Positions 35,892-50,250 of a DNA stretch of 64,000 bases are shown here, piece after piece (the first letter of the stretch is position 1; every line of letters begins with the position of its first letter). The stretch is taken from IMG/VR virus record IMGVR_UViG_3300021400_000262, positions 32,001-96,000 of that record. The stretch is one strand, 5' to 3'. The notes under the pieces were generated by a model. The model searched no databases. It was given only the letters and a program-made list of their open reading frames with translations, and had not been told where the DNA came from. This DNA comes from a virus (taxonomy: Duplodnaviria; Caudoviricetes). The position numbers and the translations under genes are program-made.

Positions 35892-37187
35892 ATGATTTAT
35901 ATTATTAATAAAGGTAATAAAAAAATATTTAATATTTTAAAATTACAAAAATATGATTCTTATAAAAGATATATTTTTTCTCCTTATATAATTAAAATAT
36001 GGAAAGAAAACAATTTACTTTTGAGAAATCTCTTAACACAAGAAAGTATTATGTTAAAAAATAGTAATGAAGAAGATGAAAAATTCTTAATTACTCATTG
36101 GTTTAAAATAGAACAAGAATCAAATCCATATGATCTTTTTTAGAAAATTAAAAAAGAAGGAAATGAATCACATAAAAATATAAATAATTACAATTTATTA
36201 ACTGATTTTGATAAAGCTATAATTTATACTACTTTAGATTGTAATGCTAATTGTTATTATTGTTATGAGAAACATTAGTGCTTTTAGCGTAAAAATATGA
36301 CTAAAGAAGTTGCTGATAAATTAATAAATTTAATTATATAGAATAAACCTAAAAAATTTTTTTTCAGTTGGTTTGGTGGAGAGCCTTTATTTAATTATTA
36401 GATTATAGATTATATTATTGATAAGATAAAAGAAAATAATATTGACTATGTTTCATCTATGATTTCTAATGCTATTTTATTTACTCCTGAAATGATAGAA
36501 AGGGCAGTAAAAAAATGGAAATTAAGAAATATTTAGATTACAGTGGATGGGATATATGAAAATTATGAAAAAATAAAAGATGTCCCGAAAGGAAGCTTTG
36601 AAAGACTTGCAAATAATATAGATTTATTAATTTAGAATAAAGTAAAAGTCAGTATAAGATTAAATATTACTCCAGATAATTTACAAGAATTAAAAAAAGC
36701 TATTTTATTTTTTAAAAAATATAAAGGTAATCAATATTTTAGTATTTATACTCATGAAATATTTGATACTCCACTTGATAAATAGAAAAAAATATTTTAT
36801 AATAAAAGAGTATTAAATGAATATATACATTACTATTGTGGACATGACCCAAAGATTATATAGTGGCAAGAAAAATGTTGTATGGCTGATTAGGGTAAAT
36901 GTATCGGTGTTTTACCAGATGGTGAATTAAATATTTGTGAACATTGTATAGACCATGATCACTTTTCAAATTTAGATTAGGATTTTTATGATATAAATGT
37001 TATAAATAAATTTACAGAAATATCTGATAGAAAAGAATGTCAATTATGTCCACTCAGACCGAGTTGTATTTTTTTACATGAATGTGGTGGTAGTAGTGGA
37101 AATCATTGTTCTTAGTATAGAGTAGAAGATAGATTATTAGAACATAAATTAGATTTAATATCTTCTATTGAAAATAAATTAAATTAG
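35892..37187 (+). CDS. radical SAM/SPASM domain protein (peptide/protein maturase-like), TAG-recoded; may run on to 37604
   Basis: CNANCYYC (36240-36263), WFGGEPL, I(TAG=Q)ITVDG, SPASM cysteines CMAD..PDGELNICEH..CQLC..RPSC..C..C. Confidence 0.9.
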
Positions 37188-37208
37188 AGAAAAAGGAGAT
37201 TACATCTT

Positions 37209-37604
37209 ATGATTACAAGAAATTTATATACCAATTTAGATATTTATAACAAAGCAATGGCTCTTGTTGAGGCTTTTAATACAAAGGAAGGTAAAGAATT
37301 AAATTATCCTGTAAAGATTAATTATTATCTTCAGAAGAATATCAAGGCTTTTGTTGATGCTGCTACAGAGATCGAGCAAAAGAGAATTGAGATTGTTCAG
37401 AAGTATGGTAATAAGAAAGAAGATTCTGAAGAATATATCATTCCAGAAGATAAAATGGATGAAGCAGGAAAAGAATTACAAGATTTCTTTGAACTAGAGC
37501 AAGAGATTCCAGTTAGTATGTTAAAGCTAGATTGGTTTGATAATATTGATATGACTGCAGAGCAAGTTTCTGCGATTTCTTTCATGATTGAGGAAGAGGA
37601 GTAA
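37209..37604 (+). CDS. small acidic protein resembling DUF1617-type tail-associated proteins, 131 aa
   Basis: TAG-free, AAGGAG site; family resemblance by eye only. Confidence 0.65.
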   Translation: MITRNLYTNLDIYNKAMALVEAFNTKEGKELNYPVKINYYLQKNIKAFVDAATEIEQKRIEIVQKYGNKKEDSEEYIIPEDKMDEAGKELQDFFELEQEIPVSMLKLDWFDNIDMTAEQVSAISFMIEEEE

Positions 37605-37607
37605 TAA

Positions 37608-40600
37608 ATGGCGAAATTATATCCGCCTTATATTGAGGGAACTATTCCGGCTTTTACGGGGACTACTATTGTAGTCCCCTTTTCTCTTAATAGGGCAAAT
37701 TCAACAACCGATATTGCCGGATTTTCTTTGAGAATAAAGACTGTATAGAATAATATTACTTTAGATACATTGGAATAGACTGATAGTGGATATATAGATT
37801 TGACCGATAAATTTCAAGTTACTTTTACCATAAATGAAACTTTATAGAGCAAATTAACAATAGGTTAGTTTTATAAAGTCCAATTAGCTTTTTTAAGTAA
37901 TAATTCTAATAATAATGGATTAGATGTTGGATATTATTCTACAGTTGGAATTATTAAGTATACAACAATTCCAGATCTGGGTATATCTGGATTGAAAACA
38001 TAGAAAAGTAGTGATGCTACTACAACAATTAATCGTCATAATTATAAATACTTAGGATTTTATAGTTAGAAAGATGGCGATTCAACAGAAAAATTATATT
38101 CAAGTCGTTTTATTTTAACTAATTCAAAAGATGAAGTTATTCTTGATTCTGGAGATATTATTCATAACAGTTCATATGATACAAGTCCATATGAATCTTT
38201 TGAAGATTATGTTATATCGAGAGAACTTCCAGCGAATTAGTCTTTTTATTTACAATTTGTTGCTACGACTATTAATAAATTGGTTGCGGCCAGCCCTAAG
38301 TACCGCATAATGCAACAAAACTCCGTTAAACCGGAACTTAATGCAGATGTAATTGCTAATGTTAATTTTGAAGACGCTTATATTGATGTTTCATTAGTTG
38401 GACATTTGAATAAAAGAGGCGAAGAAACCCACGTAACTGGTAGCTTCGTGTTGAGCCGGGCCGCAAGTAATACTGATTGGGCTTGGGAAAATATTATGTT
38501 TTTTACTTTACAAGCTCAAAAACCTACTCGTTTCTTATGGAGGGATTTTACTGTTGAACAAGGTGTTCAATATCAATATGCTGTTTAGCAATATAATGAT
38601 AATGAACTTTATTCCGCTAGAATAAAGAGCGAAATAGTGACTGCGGACTTCGAAGATGCGTTCCTCTTTGACGGGACGCGGCAATTAAAGATTCGTTTTA
38701 ATCCAAAAGTGGCTAGTTTTAAGAACAACATTCCTGAACAAAAGATTGATACTATTGGAAGTAAATATCCATATATTTTTAGAAACGGAAAGGTACATTA
38801 TAAAGAATTTCCTATATCTGGACTAATCTCTTATTAGATGGATGACAATAAAATGTTTTACGCTGTAGAAGAACGTGAAAATATTTCTGCAACTCCTAAT
38901 GATTTAGTTTCTGAGAATATTCATAATGAAAGAGATTTTAAATTAGAGGTTCTTGAATGGCTAAATGATGGAAAATTAAAAATCTTTAAATCTCCTACAG
39001 AAGGAAATTATTTTGTAAGATTAATGAATGTATCTTTATCTCCAATAGATCCTCTTGGAAGAATGTTGCATAGTTTTAATTGTACAGCTTATGAAATGTA
39101 TAATTATAACTATAATAATTTAGTTAATTAGAACTTTATTAATGTTTATATCCAACAGACTAAATAGATTAGATTTTTAACGGTTGAATTAACAGGTAAA
39201 GATAGCACATTAGCTGATTTAATAGCTAGTCTTGAAAATTATGCGAATGCTGGAGTAAATGTTGTTTTTACTGAACAATAGCATGCAAAAATTTGTAATC
39301 ATACATATAGTAAAGATTCAAATTTTGATTATTCCGCTTTATTCTCGCGTTTATCTGGAACAACTAACTATTATATCCCGGCCGCAACTATTAAAGCAGG
39401 AAATAATTTAGCTGCGTTATAGGATATTAATGAAAATACTATTTTATACTTAACTGGTAGAATTAATCAATATCCTATTTATTCTGTGTAGATTGCTGAT
39501 ATGGTTCCAGGTACAAGATTAACTTTTATTCTCGATGATAGAGGAACTACTGAGAGTATTTAGATTAATGCTACTGGAAAATATCATGCGGAGTTTACTG
39601 AACCAATAGTTGGTATTAATGTAGATAAAGCTGAAAATATTAATGTAGATAATATGACGACTGGAATTCAAGGTTCCATTACTTATGGTTATTATAGTAC
39701 CGCAACTAATATATTTAATACTATTGCGGATGTTTCTTTATATGATGTACCAATTAAACAATTTTTTGGTACACCTTCAAAGACCTATTATTCAATAAAT
39801 GATACTACTATGGTAACAACAAATAATTTAATTGAAGTATTAGAAGATATTAAACGAGATATTTCTCAAATTTTCTTTATTAACTTCTATTCAAGACCAA
39901 TAAAAAATATTTATTTTAAAGATAATCGAGAGAGTAATTTTACTTTAACCGCTTTAAAAAATAAAGTTTATTATTGGGATATGGATTGTACAGAACCTAT
40001 TGATGTAAATACTTTAGCTCCGAATTATATTTACGCAATATGCAGAGCTAGATATGATTATACCTATACAAATGATGTTTTATTTGAATAGTATTATATT
40101 GATTCTAATTTGTCTCATGGCTATTATGTTGATACTTTTGGAAGAAGAATTGAGGCTTTTCTTGGATATTACCTTGATGGTAAATCTGATCAATTTAATA
40201 CGATTATATTTAAAGACAGCTATGATTTAAAACAGGTCACTATTAATAAAGATACTATTGATTTAAGATAGACTGAGCAATTCCTTTTACCAGCAGAATC
40301 TGGAATAGAATTAACTAAGGTTACTTTTGGAAATGGTGTTATGTGTGAAATTAGTTATTAGTATTCAGAAATAACTTATTTAATAGAGCAAACAAGTGAA
40401 TTAATTAAAAGTAGAAAAGTTGATTATGAGAAATATTATTCTTATTGGATTGAGTTGCATTAGAGCGCTGAAGCATAGACTAGTTTTGAAAATATGCCAG
40501 GATTGCAAAACCCAGATACTAGTTTAAATTCTTTTGTAGCTTATGAATCTAATTCTGATACGTTGATTAATTTAATTAATACAAGTTATCAAGGATATAT

Positions 40601-40655
40601 AGATTTCTTAGCATTATCATTAAAACAATATAGAGAGGAGCATGAAGAACTGTGA
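37608..40655 (+). CDS. tail/baseplate protein with a distal-tail (Dit)-like central domain, 1015 aa, TAG-recoded
   Basis: four track ORFs in one frame; DTIGSKYPY..FPISG..EWLNDGK.KIFKSP..SFNCTAYE pattern; precedes the hub-like gene with GTGA overlap. Confidence 0.65.
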
Positions 40656-43600
40656 AAAATAATCCTTTATTAGACAAAGATTTTCTTTATGCTCTTGACT
40701 AGCAAAAAGAAAAATAGATTTACGCTCGAATAGTGTCTTTAACCTTTGATGAATTACCAATAGAGTAGATTGAAGGCAAGGTCACAGGTGGATCTATTAA
40801 TATAGATGGCACTTCAGCTATTAGAAGAACTTGTTCTGTATCCTTAGTTGCTGAAGATGTAAATATCAGTGATTATTACTGGGGTGTGAATACTAAATTT
40901 TAGCTTTTTATTGGAGTTTCCAATAATATTGATAGTGAATATGATGATATTATTTGGTTTAAGCAAGGTGTTTTTTTAATTACCAGTTTTAATTCTTCTT
41001 TATAGGTAAATAATTATAGCATATCTATTTAGGGTAAAGATAAAATGTGTTTACTAAATGGCGATATAGGCGGCGTTATTGAATCATTAACTGCTGATTT
41101 TGGTAAATATGACTAGATAGATAGTAAGGGAAACTTATTAAGAAGAGATTATTAGATTAAAGAGATAATTAAAGAGGCTGTCCATCACTATGGCAAAGAA
41201 CCTTATTCTAATATCGTTATTAAAGATTTAGATATGGCTGGATTAGAACTTCTTGAATATCGCGGAGATAAAAGCTTATTTTTATTAATTCAAGATGATA
41301 TGGTTACTGGATACAGATTTGCGGGCGCCGGTAATGAGGCCGCAGAGACGGGCTACCGCAAATTTGATCCAATAACAAAAGAAATTGGAGAAGCTATTTC
41401 AATAGAAGATGAAGATTTTGTTTATGACAATAGAATCTCAATTACTTTTGGAGAAGAAGAAAATAATCCAACTTATATAGTGGCGGAAGATGACCTAGAT
41501 CATCCTTATACAGTAGCCAAGATAAATTTTGGGGATAGTTGCGGTTATAGAGAAACTGAATTAACTTATGTCGGTGATTTAATTGGTAATGTAGGAGAAT
41601 CTATAACTCAAGCAGTATTAGATAAAATAGTATCTATGTTAGGAAATTATGAATATTTTTATGATGTGGATGGTCGTTTTATTTTCAGAGAGAAACAAAA
41701 TTATATAAATAATAGTTGGAATTCCATTAAAGATAATGGAGATTCTTTGTTTGTTGAAAATGCTGCATACGCTTCTCCAGTTTCATATTCTTTTTTAGAT
41801 AATAATTTAATTACTTCCTTTTAGAACACTCCTAATTTATTAAACCTTAAAAATGATTATTCTATTTGGGGAGAAAAAACTATAGGTGATAATCAATATC
41901 CGATTCATTTAAGATATGCGATTGATGAAAAACCTAAATATTATAAGAATTTTAAAGAAGAAATTTATTTAACTCAAGATGAGTATGATAAACTTAGATT
42001 CTTAGGACAATTAGAAGATGATTCTAAGGTTGTGATTATCATTACTTCTAGATCAAGATTTAAAATAACCCCATTGCCGCAAGGATTGAGCGACTCTTGG
42101 TGGGAAATTGATGACTGGACTAGAAGATATTTATATTTCGCCGATGTGAATGATGACCAAGGCCGCACGATAGAAGATTATATTAACTTAACTTCTTATG
42201 AAGTTAAAGAAATTGTTGATGCATCTACTAGACCAGTAGATTAGAGTGTCCATGATTTTAATTATTATGTATATCAATTAAAAATAAATCAGTTAGGTCG
42301 TTTCGTTAAAGAGTGGGCAACTGAAGATTGGTTGGGAATTTTCCCAGAACCAGATTAGGGTTATACTAGCTATTATAGTGCAATAAAAAGAGCTGCTAAT
42401 TAGGGATTGAATTATTGGGCTTGGCTTTTTGATACTGCTTTAGATGCAAATGGGAATGAATATATTCGATCAGTAGAGCATGGTTATAATACATTGCCTG
42501 AAGGTCAATATCCATCTGCCTCTCCTGGATGTACGCATGTTTTTTCATATGCTCTTGATAGAAAAAATGGTGGCGGTTTCTTTAGAAGCTATATATATGA
42601 TCCACAAGTGCCAGATAGTTTAAAGGTTGATGCAGAATTTACTGAAAAAGAAGATACTACTAGTGAAGATATTACTTTATATGATGCTAGATATCATATC
42701 TGCGATTGGCGAGAAATTATTTATCAAATGGCCTATGATTATTTTCACTATCAGCATAATGATAATTATAATGCTATTATAGCTTTAAATAATAAAGAAT
42801 ATTATCCAGATGGTTTTACTAAATATGAGTAGTATTATACTGATATTTATGGCTTCTGGAGAGATATATATAATCCAAAAGCTGATGGATTAACATCTCA
42901 TATTGTAGATTTATCTTTATAGAATTTATATTCTTGGAATAAAGAAGAAAAGAAATATGAGTTAATTGATTTACAAGATCCAAATAATGTTTATATTTCT
43001 GATCCAAAAGATGTCGTTAATGAAGATGGCGCTTTTTATTATGTAAGTGGAAAAGATAAGTATTCTCCTTATGTGGTTGGATAGATGAATGGGGATTATT
43101 TTTCTTAGGGATTATATAAAAATTTATCTAATTTAAGAACCGATAAAAAATATCGTGCAGTTCAGATTACTTGGAATTCAAGTAATAGTTTTAATTAGAG
43201 TAAATAGAATTATATTTTACAAAATTCAAATTATATTCCTATTTATGAACCAATAGAGGGGATAAATACCTATTACACTTAGACAGCGAGTGATTATATT
43301 AATTGGAATTAGACCGGATACAGGAAGATTTCTTTAACAAGATCTGAATGGGTAAAAGATAAATATTATTTATTTAATGGTATTAATTATACTTTAGATA
43401 GTAGTGAAGTTTTTGATAGTAATAATGTTTATTATGAATTATCTCCAAAATTTGTTTTAGGTTATAAATATTATTTAGATGAGTCTTGGAGAAAAACTAT
43501 TAATTTTGCGGCAGGGGTGAATTATTATACTCAGAATTATTATCAGTTAATAACTAACTCTTCTGAAGCTCAATCATGGGACTACTATGGAATTACAAAT

Positions 43601-45784
43601 GATGGAGAGGCTGTTTGGCAAGAGGTTTATAATAATAATTATTATAAAAAGGTTTTTGATTATTCTCAAAACGTAACGATTGCTTATGAATTAGAAAAAA
43701 ATATTGATCCTAATATTCAGTATTTTGATTTTCTTTCTACTACTTCTTTTGATTTATATTCAAAAGTTGAAGCTTTCGTAAAAGGACAGAGATATTATTA
43801 TGAATATTTAAAACCTAATGCTAGTTTAGGAGAAGATTATTTTGGGTTAGAAGCTGCTAATGCTTGGAGTTCTGTTTATTGTTATGGTTTAATGGATGGA
43901 GAAATTATATTATTTAAATAGAATCCAGGTTTAGAAACAACTTATTATAGAATAATCCCATATACTAGTGGCACAAGATATTCTAAATAGTATAGAGTAG
44001 CGAGTGCAGTTTATTTTGATAATAATACAACCTATTATATTAAATCAAGTGCTTCAGATTAGGAAGTTTGTGATTTATCTTCTGTTGTTAAAAATGGGAC
44101 TTATTTTTATACAGAAGAGAATGAACAATCTTATATTTCAGCTGCGGCGGCCCCGGATAAGAGTTGCATAATGGCTGGCAATAGCGCAGCTTTTTATCCA
44201 GGAGATATCTATTATTATTATTATAAACAAGATTATAATAATATGGATAATGGATATTATTATATGATGGGTGATTATTATTATTTAAGCGAAGATGAAA
44301 CTTTTTATAATGATTTGACCTATTATTATGATACATATGGAACAGTAGCTCCTATTACAAGAGAACAATATAAAGCAAATACTTACTATTATAAAGATTT
44401 CTTTTCTCGCTTAATGTTTACTAAATACAATATTTTAATAAGGTTTAAAAAAGGTTCTTCTTATTATGCGATTGAAAATAATACTAATACCTCCTTATTG
44501 AGTAATAAAAATTATTTATATGCAACTTTTTATCCAAAAACGTCTACTATTTTTTATAAGATGAATGATAATGGAATTTTAGAAAAAGTAGGAAACGTGA
44601 CTCAAGAAGATTTTTATAATGATGATTATTATATAGCATATGGAGAATATAATTATTATAATTATGCTAATTTTATTTTAAATAATTTAGTAGCTTCTTA
44701 TACTAATGAATATAATAAAGATGCTATTTATTATAAAGAGATTGATGGAAATGTTGCTGTTGATAAATATCATTGTGTTGGTAAGATTGCAGAAGATGAA
44801 TTTGTAAGTTAGACATTATATACTGCTAGTTCCGCTTTAACATTCAAAAAGTCTAGTACAAGACCGGCCGCAGAGGCGCTGCCGCAAACATATTATCTTT
44901 TTCCAACTTTGACTTCTGGAATAGAAATAACAGATCCAGAAGATTGGGATGAGAATTTATTTGAATTATTAAATGATGGTATTTATTTAGAAAATAAGTT
45001 TAATCCTGAGACATATTGGAATTTTGATGTATAGAATCCTGAAAATTTAATTTTCTGGTTTGATTTTCTTGATGTCTCTACTGGAGGAGATTTAGCTCAG
45101 TATTCAGCGCATCTTGTTGGAAATAGGCCAAAAACGATTAATAGTAAAGATGTAAAGTCTATTTATTATAGAGATATACCAAGTGTTATTTTTTAGGATA
45201 ATCAATCTGGTTATGTAAAAATTTTTATAAATGAAGAAATTTTTGCTGCTAGAGAAGAGGAGTATTATATTTATAATAATAATACAAATAGTTTTGAACA
45301 AGTAAAAAGTTTTTCAAAAAATGAAAATCATTATATACTAAAAAATGGTACTTTGGTAGAAGTAAGAAGTAGAGATTTATATTATGATGATATTGATATG
45401 TATACAGAAGATGGTATTTTAACCTAGAAGTATTCTGCTGGAACTGATTATTATCGTAAATGGAACGCTATTCAAGATATGAATTCTGGATATACTTATG
45501 TTAATTTAACTGATAATATTAGTAATTTATTTACTGTTAGTTCTTAGAAAAAATCCACTTTTAATGTATTAGATGAGTTTTTATATAATAATAGCTATTG
45601 TACAGAATCTATTACATTATAGGCTATTCCAGTTTATTATTTAGAGCCAAATAATCGTATTTTAGTTAGAGATGATTCAACTGAAATTAATGGAGAATAT
45701 CTAGTTTAGAGAATATCATATCAATTAAATCATAGTGGAACAATGAGTATAACTGCTACAAAAGCTGTTAGCAGGATATATTAA
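40652..45784 (+). CDS. baseplate hub/Tal-like protein with large Tyr/Asn-rich insertion, 1710 aa, TAG-recoded
   Basis: N-terminal GSINIDG.SAIRRTCS, QGVFLI, GKDKMCLLNG; C-terminal IPVYYLEPN.RI..GEYLV..I..GTMSITA; five track ORFs in frame. Confidence 0.72.
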
Positions 45785-45801
45785 AAAGGAGATTAAGGAG
45801 A

Positions 45802-46140
45802 ATGGCAAAAAGAATTAAACAATTTCGTTATTATAATGCAGATGCGGTGAATGAAAATTCCCCTTCTAATTTAAGATATTAGCAATTATAGTCTGGTAGT
45901 GCATTTGCCGATTATCTTCCTATTTTACAGCTCGGTATTTAGGCTTTACCTGGTACTAAATTTTATATAAATAATTCTGTAGACCCAGTTATTATTGGGT
46001 CTACAGGAGTCTATGAACTTTCTCTTTCTGGAGATGCTTAGATTACTGCTTTAGCTTTTTCTCCAAGTTCTATAGCTCAAATAAATGATAATGCAAATGC
46101 TTATTTATTAGTTGATATTATTTATGATGATGGAGAGTAA
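45802..46140 (+). CDS. hypothetical tail-region protein, 112 aa, TAG-recoded
   Basis: AAGGAG plus ATG 45802, ends TAA 46140. Confidence 0.7.
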
Positions 46141-46142
46141 AA

Positions 46143-49100
46143 ATGGGATTTTATGGTAATATTATAAATACCACTCGTACATAGTTTTCATTTGATAGAA
46201 TATATGCTAATAAATATGAAATGTTCAAAAACGCAGAAACAGATGGCGTTTATGCCGGACGTTATGTTTTAGTTGAATATGATAAAGATTTGAGCGCAGA
46301 TTCTTTTATATCAACAGCATTTAGATATAATAATAATATGTATGCTGCTTTGAGAAGTGTTGAAACTGCGAGTGGTAAAAAATTTTATGAAGCACCAGAA
46401 GCGACGAATTTAATTACATTAGGATCAAAAGTTGGAAATCTTACTGTCGAAGATGGGACTATTTTAAGATTAACTCCAGGGCATAATTTATCTAATTTTA
46501 ATGAGCAAATTATGTATATTTAGATTACTGGTTATGATGAGCAAAATGATTCCTATAGTTATGCGGCAGTCGATCCTGCGACGTACATTACCTGGGTAAG
46601 AAATAATTTTGAACGAGATGATTTATATCATGAGACAGAAACTCTGTTACAACAAGAGTTTGAATCAGGTATTTTTTATACAAAAAATGAATCTGGTGCT
46701 TTTGTTCCTGCTGAATCATATAATCCTAATCTGAAATATTATAATTTTGGATATGGAACAAAGATTTTTATTATAAATGGAACTGAGGTTCATGGACTTC
46801 ATCCATACAGTAATTCTCATGAAATTCAAGTAAATGATATGTTTATTTTGAGAAAGTATTGCTCTTATTCTACTAACACTTTAGATGAATTATGGGCGGC
46901 TGAAGTGGTGATTGATGAAGTTAATGAAACCTCTAATTTAGTATGGAATAGAATTACTACAGTATCTAATTCTAATTATTACTTGAATTTTAATATAGAT
47001 ACTATATCTTATCCAGATGCTAAACGAGGTTATGATTCAACTGTTTGGCAAAAAGTTTATAGCGAAGGTAAACAATTCTATGTAATGATCGCGGAATTGA
47101 ATACCATTACGCCCAACTTTGCGATTTCCGCAGAGGCACCGACCGCAACTCCTTTAGTACCTCATTTTGATACTGATAGTACCAATATGTATTATAAAGT
47201 ACATTGGCAGCCTCAATGGGGATTTAGGGTCAAGGCCGCAAGCAATACTCATTTAGGATAGGAAATAGATAATTATGGTATTCCATCTGAAACAAGTAGG
47301 ATAGTATTAACAGATGATGAAGTTGTTTATCCATCTGACAGTTCTACTGCTTGGAAGACACATTTATATAATACTATTACTGCTGAAAAAGCAGAAAAAT
47401 ATTATAATCCAGAGACAGGAAAGCTTGAAGATTATAATGAAGAAAAAAATTATAAGATGAAATCAGCAATTTATTTTAATAAAAAAGGCTTTGATGCTGA
47501 AAATATTTCTTATAGTGAAGATTTAATAAATGAAGAATCTTCTGAATATGATGAAACTATTGCTGCTTCTGGATGGACAAATGAGAATGATATAAAAATT
47601 GCTCCTACTGGATATAGTGGAAATATTTATGATTCTCATAATGATAATAATGAAGCTAAACCGCTTCCCGATACTTAGGAATTATCTATTATGATTCCTG
47701 CTCTTGGAGATAATATTGCCAAAGTTTGGGATATTGTATATGGTGGTAGAGATACTAATGATATTATAAAAGAAACAAATAAAAGAAATTTAGATATTTT
47801 CTGGGAAGATGCTAAAGAAGGTGCGATTAGATCTGGATTGCGCTTGGTTAGTGAAGTACCTTCTTCTGATGGTTTTGTAAAAACCTATAACAATATGATA
47901 AAAGATGAAAATGGAAATATTGTTAATAGAGGTGAAATAAATACTTTAGCTGGTTGTATTAATTCAGTTCATGATCTAATGGGTATGATTTTAGTTAATA
48001 CGACAGAAGAAGATTTACAAAATCTTCAAAGAGATCTTTAGGATGATGATACTTTTGTAGATTATAAAAATATAGATAATAATAAGATTTATTATTTTTC
48101 TAATGATGGAACTTATAGAAGAAGACATGAAACTTATGATTATACAGAAGCTGTCTATGAATATGAACCAATAACATTAACGGCAGATACTTTTATAAAG
48201 AACTATTATTATTATAAAGATGGAAATGATTATATTCCAAGTTATGATGATAATTTTGATGCTACAAGAGAATATTATGTGAAGAAAATAGATTATTCTG
48301 TAGCTTCAAATCAATCTTATTCAAGAGTTGATAATTTACAAGCATTTACTTCTGGACCACATTTCCCATATCAAAAAACACTTGGTAATGATTATATATA
48401 TGATGAATCTCAATATGCCGATGATGACGTTGTTTATTATAATGTTTCAACATCTGATAATTACAAAATAAATGTAAGTGGAGATTATAAACCATATACA
48501 TATTATTATTACAATGATATTACAGATATTATAACTAGAGTAAATACAGAATATATCGGATCGTGGCATTTAGATACAAATGAACGAGCTTCTTCAAATA
48601 TTCATGATAATTATTATGAAATAAATGTTGTTCAAGCAAATAAGAATCTTGAAGAAGTTGCTGATTATGCTGATAATGTTGGTAAATATTTATATTGCCC
48701 AGATTATTTCTTTACATTAGATTATAAATTATTAACAGGTGTTCCTTCTGCTAGTAATATTGATACTTATTATAAAGGTGTTAATTTAGATATTACTGGT
48801 GAACAAGAAATTTATACCAATGGTACAATTTATGTTCCATTAGAATTAGGAACTGATTATGAATATGATCCTAATACAGGAGATATTATTTGGGATACTT
48901 CTTTATTTAATAATGGACAAGTATTAAATATTTATACTCAAACAAATGACTTATCTCTTGATAAGAATGATAAAATGACTAAGGGTCAAACATATTATCT
49001 TATTACTGCAGAGCAAAGAGAAACTATTGATATCGAGTATGAAAGAGATGAGAATGGCAACTGGCGTGAAATTATTCGTGGAAATATAGCTCATATTGAT

Positions 49101-50153
49101 AAATATCGTGTTCAAATGATGCCATATCTCCCATATAGATATTATAGAGTCACTAATAGAGTAGTTGTATTTACTAAAGATGATGGAGAAACATATATTA
49201 CAAGAGAAGAATATAATCAACTTTCTCAAAATGAATAGTTAGAATATTCTGCTAGGACAAAAGATGTTCAATATGATCTTATGACTGGTTCAACAGTAGA
49301 AGAATTATCAGAAGATTATTCTCTTTAGTTCTCAGATTCTTTATCTAAAACATTTGTTAATTATTATACAATAACAAAAGCTACTGATGATGATAATTCA
49401 ACAATTTCTTTTTATACACCAAGTCGTTTCTATTATAATACTTTTGAAGATGCTTTAACAACGGATGAAGAAAAAGATTCTTGGGAACAGGATGGATTCG
49501 GATACGGTGACTGGTTAATCGACAGAATGCCCAGCATGACCGCCGGCCGCAGATACTACACAGAAATAACAACTTCTAGTAGATATGGACCTTTCTATCG
49601 ACCGAACATGTATTATTATTATAATGATGAATTGCAAGATTATGTTTTAGATTAGTCTGAAAATATGCAGAATGTAATTTATTATTTAAAAAGTAATTTC
49701 TATGTTATAGAAGATAAGACGGGATTCTTATTAAAAGGTGCTGTTTGGAAATATAATAATGGTGTTATTCCTTGTATAATAAAAGTAGGAACAAGAGAAA
49801 GTATTTATGAAATGCAAGAGCTTAAAGGTTTTGCAAGAACATTAAATACTATTCATGGTTTAATTTTAAAGATTAATAATCTTTTAGAAATAGATGATAA
49901 TTTAACTCGTGATACTAATACTATTCAAGGTTGTATTAATACGATGAAGGATTTGATTTATCGTTTTGATGAGTTAGATTTTAATAAAATGTTAGTAACA
50001 AATGAATATGGACGAGTAGTTACTTAGAATCTTGCAGATATAAAAATTATTTACAATACAAATAAAGTATCTAATTTAGATTCTGCTTTAACGCATTTAG
50101 ATGAAATCCAAACAATGAGTGCGGCTGAAATAGATGCGATTATAAATAGTTAA
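46143..50153 (+). CDS. large tail/baseplate protein, 1336 aa, TAG-recoded
   Basis: six track ORFs in one frame; Tyr-rich short repeats. Confidence 0.7.
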
Positions 50154-50158
50154 TTTTT

Positions 50159-50198
50159 ATGGGGTTTGGATTTTTAGGCCAAACCCCATTAATTTTTT
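50159..50198 (+). terminator. intrinsic terminator
   Basis: ATGGGGTTTGG/CCAAACCCCAT stem followed by an AT/T run. Confidence 0.7.
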
Positions 50199-50250
50199 GA
50201 ATACACTTTTCATAATTTTATGAAAATAAAGTAGAAGGAGGTTTTTTATA

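Noticed and set aside
19028-40655. TGA recoding as well
   Set aside because: TGA ends genes at 19030, 29743 and 40655, next to terminators or overlapping starts
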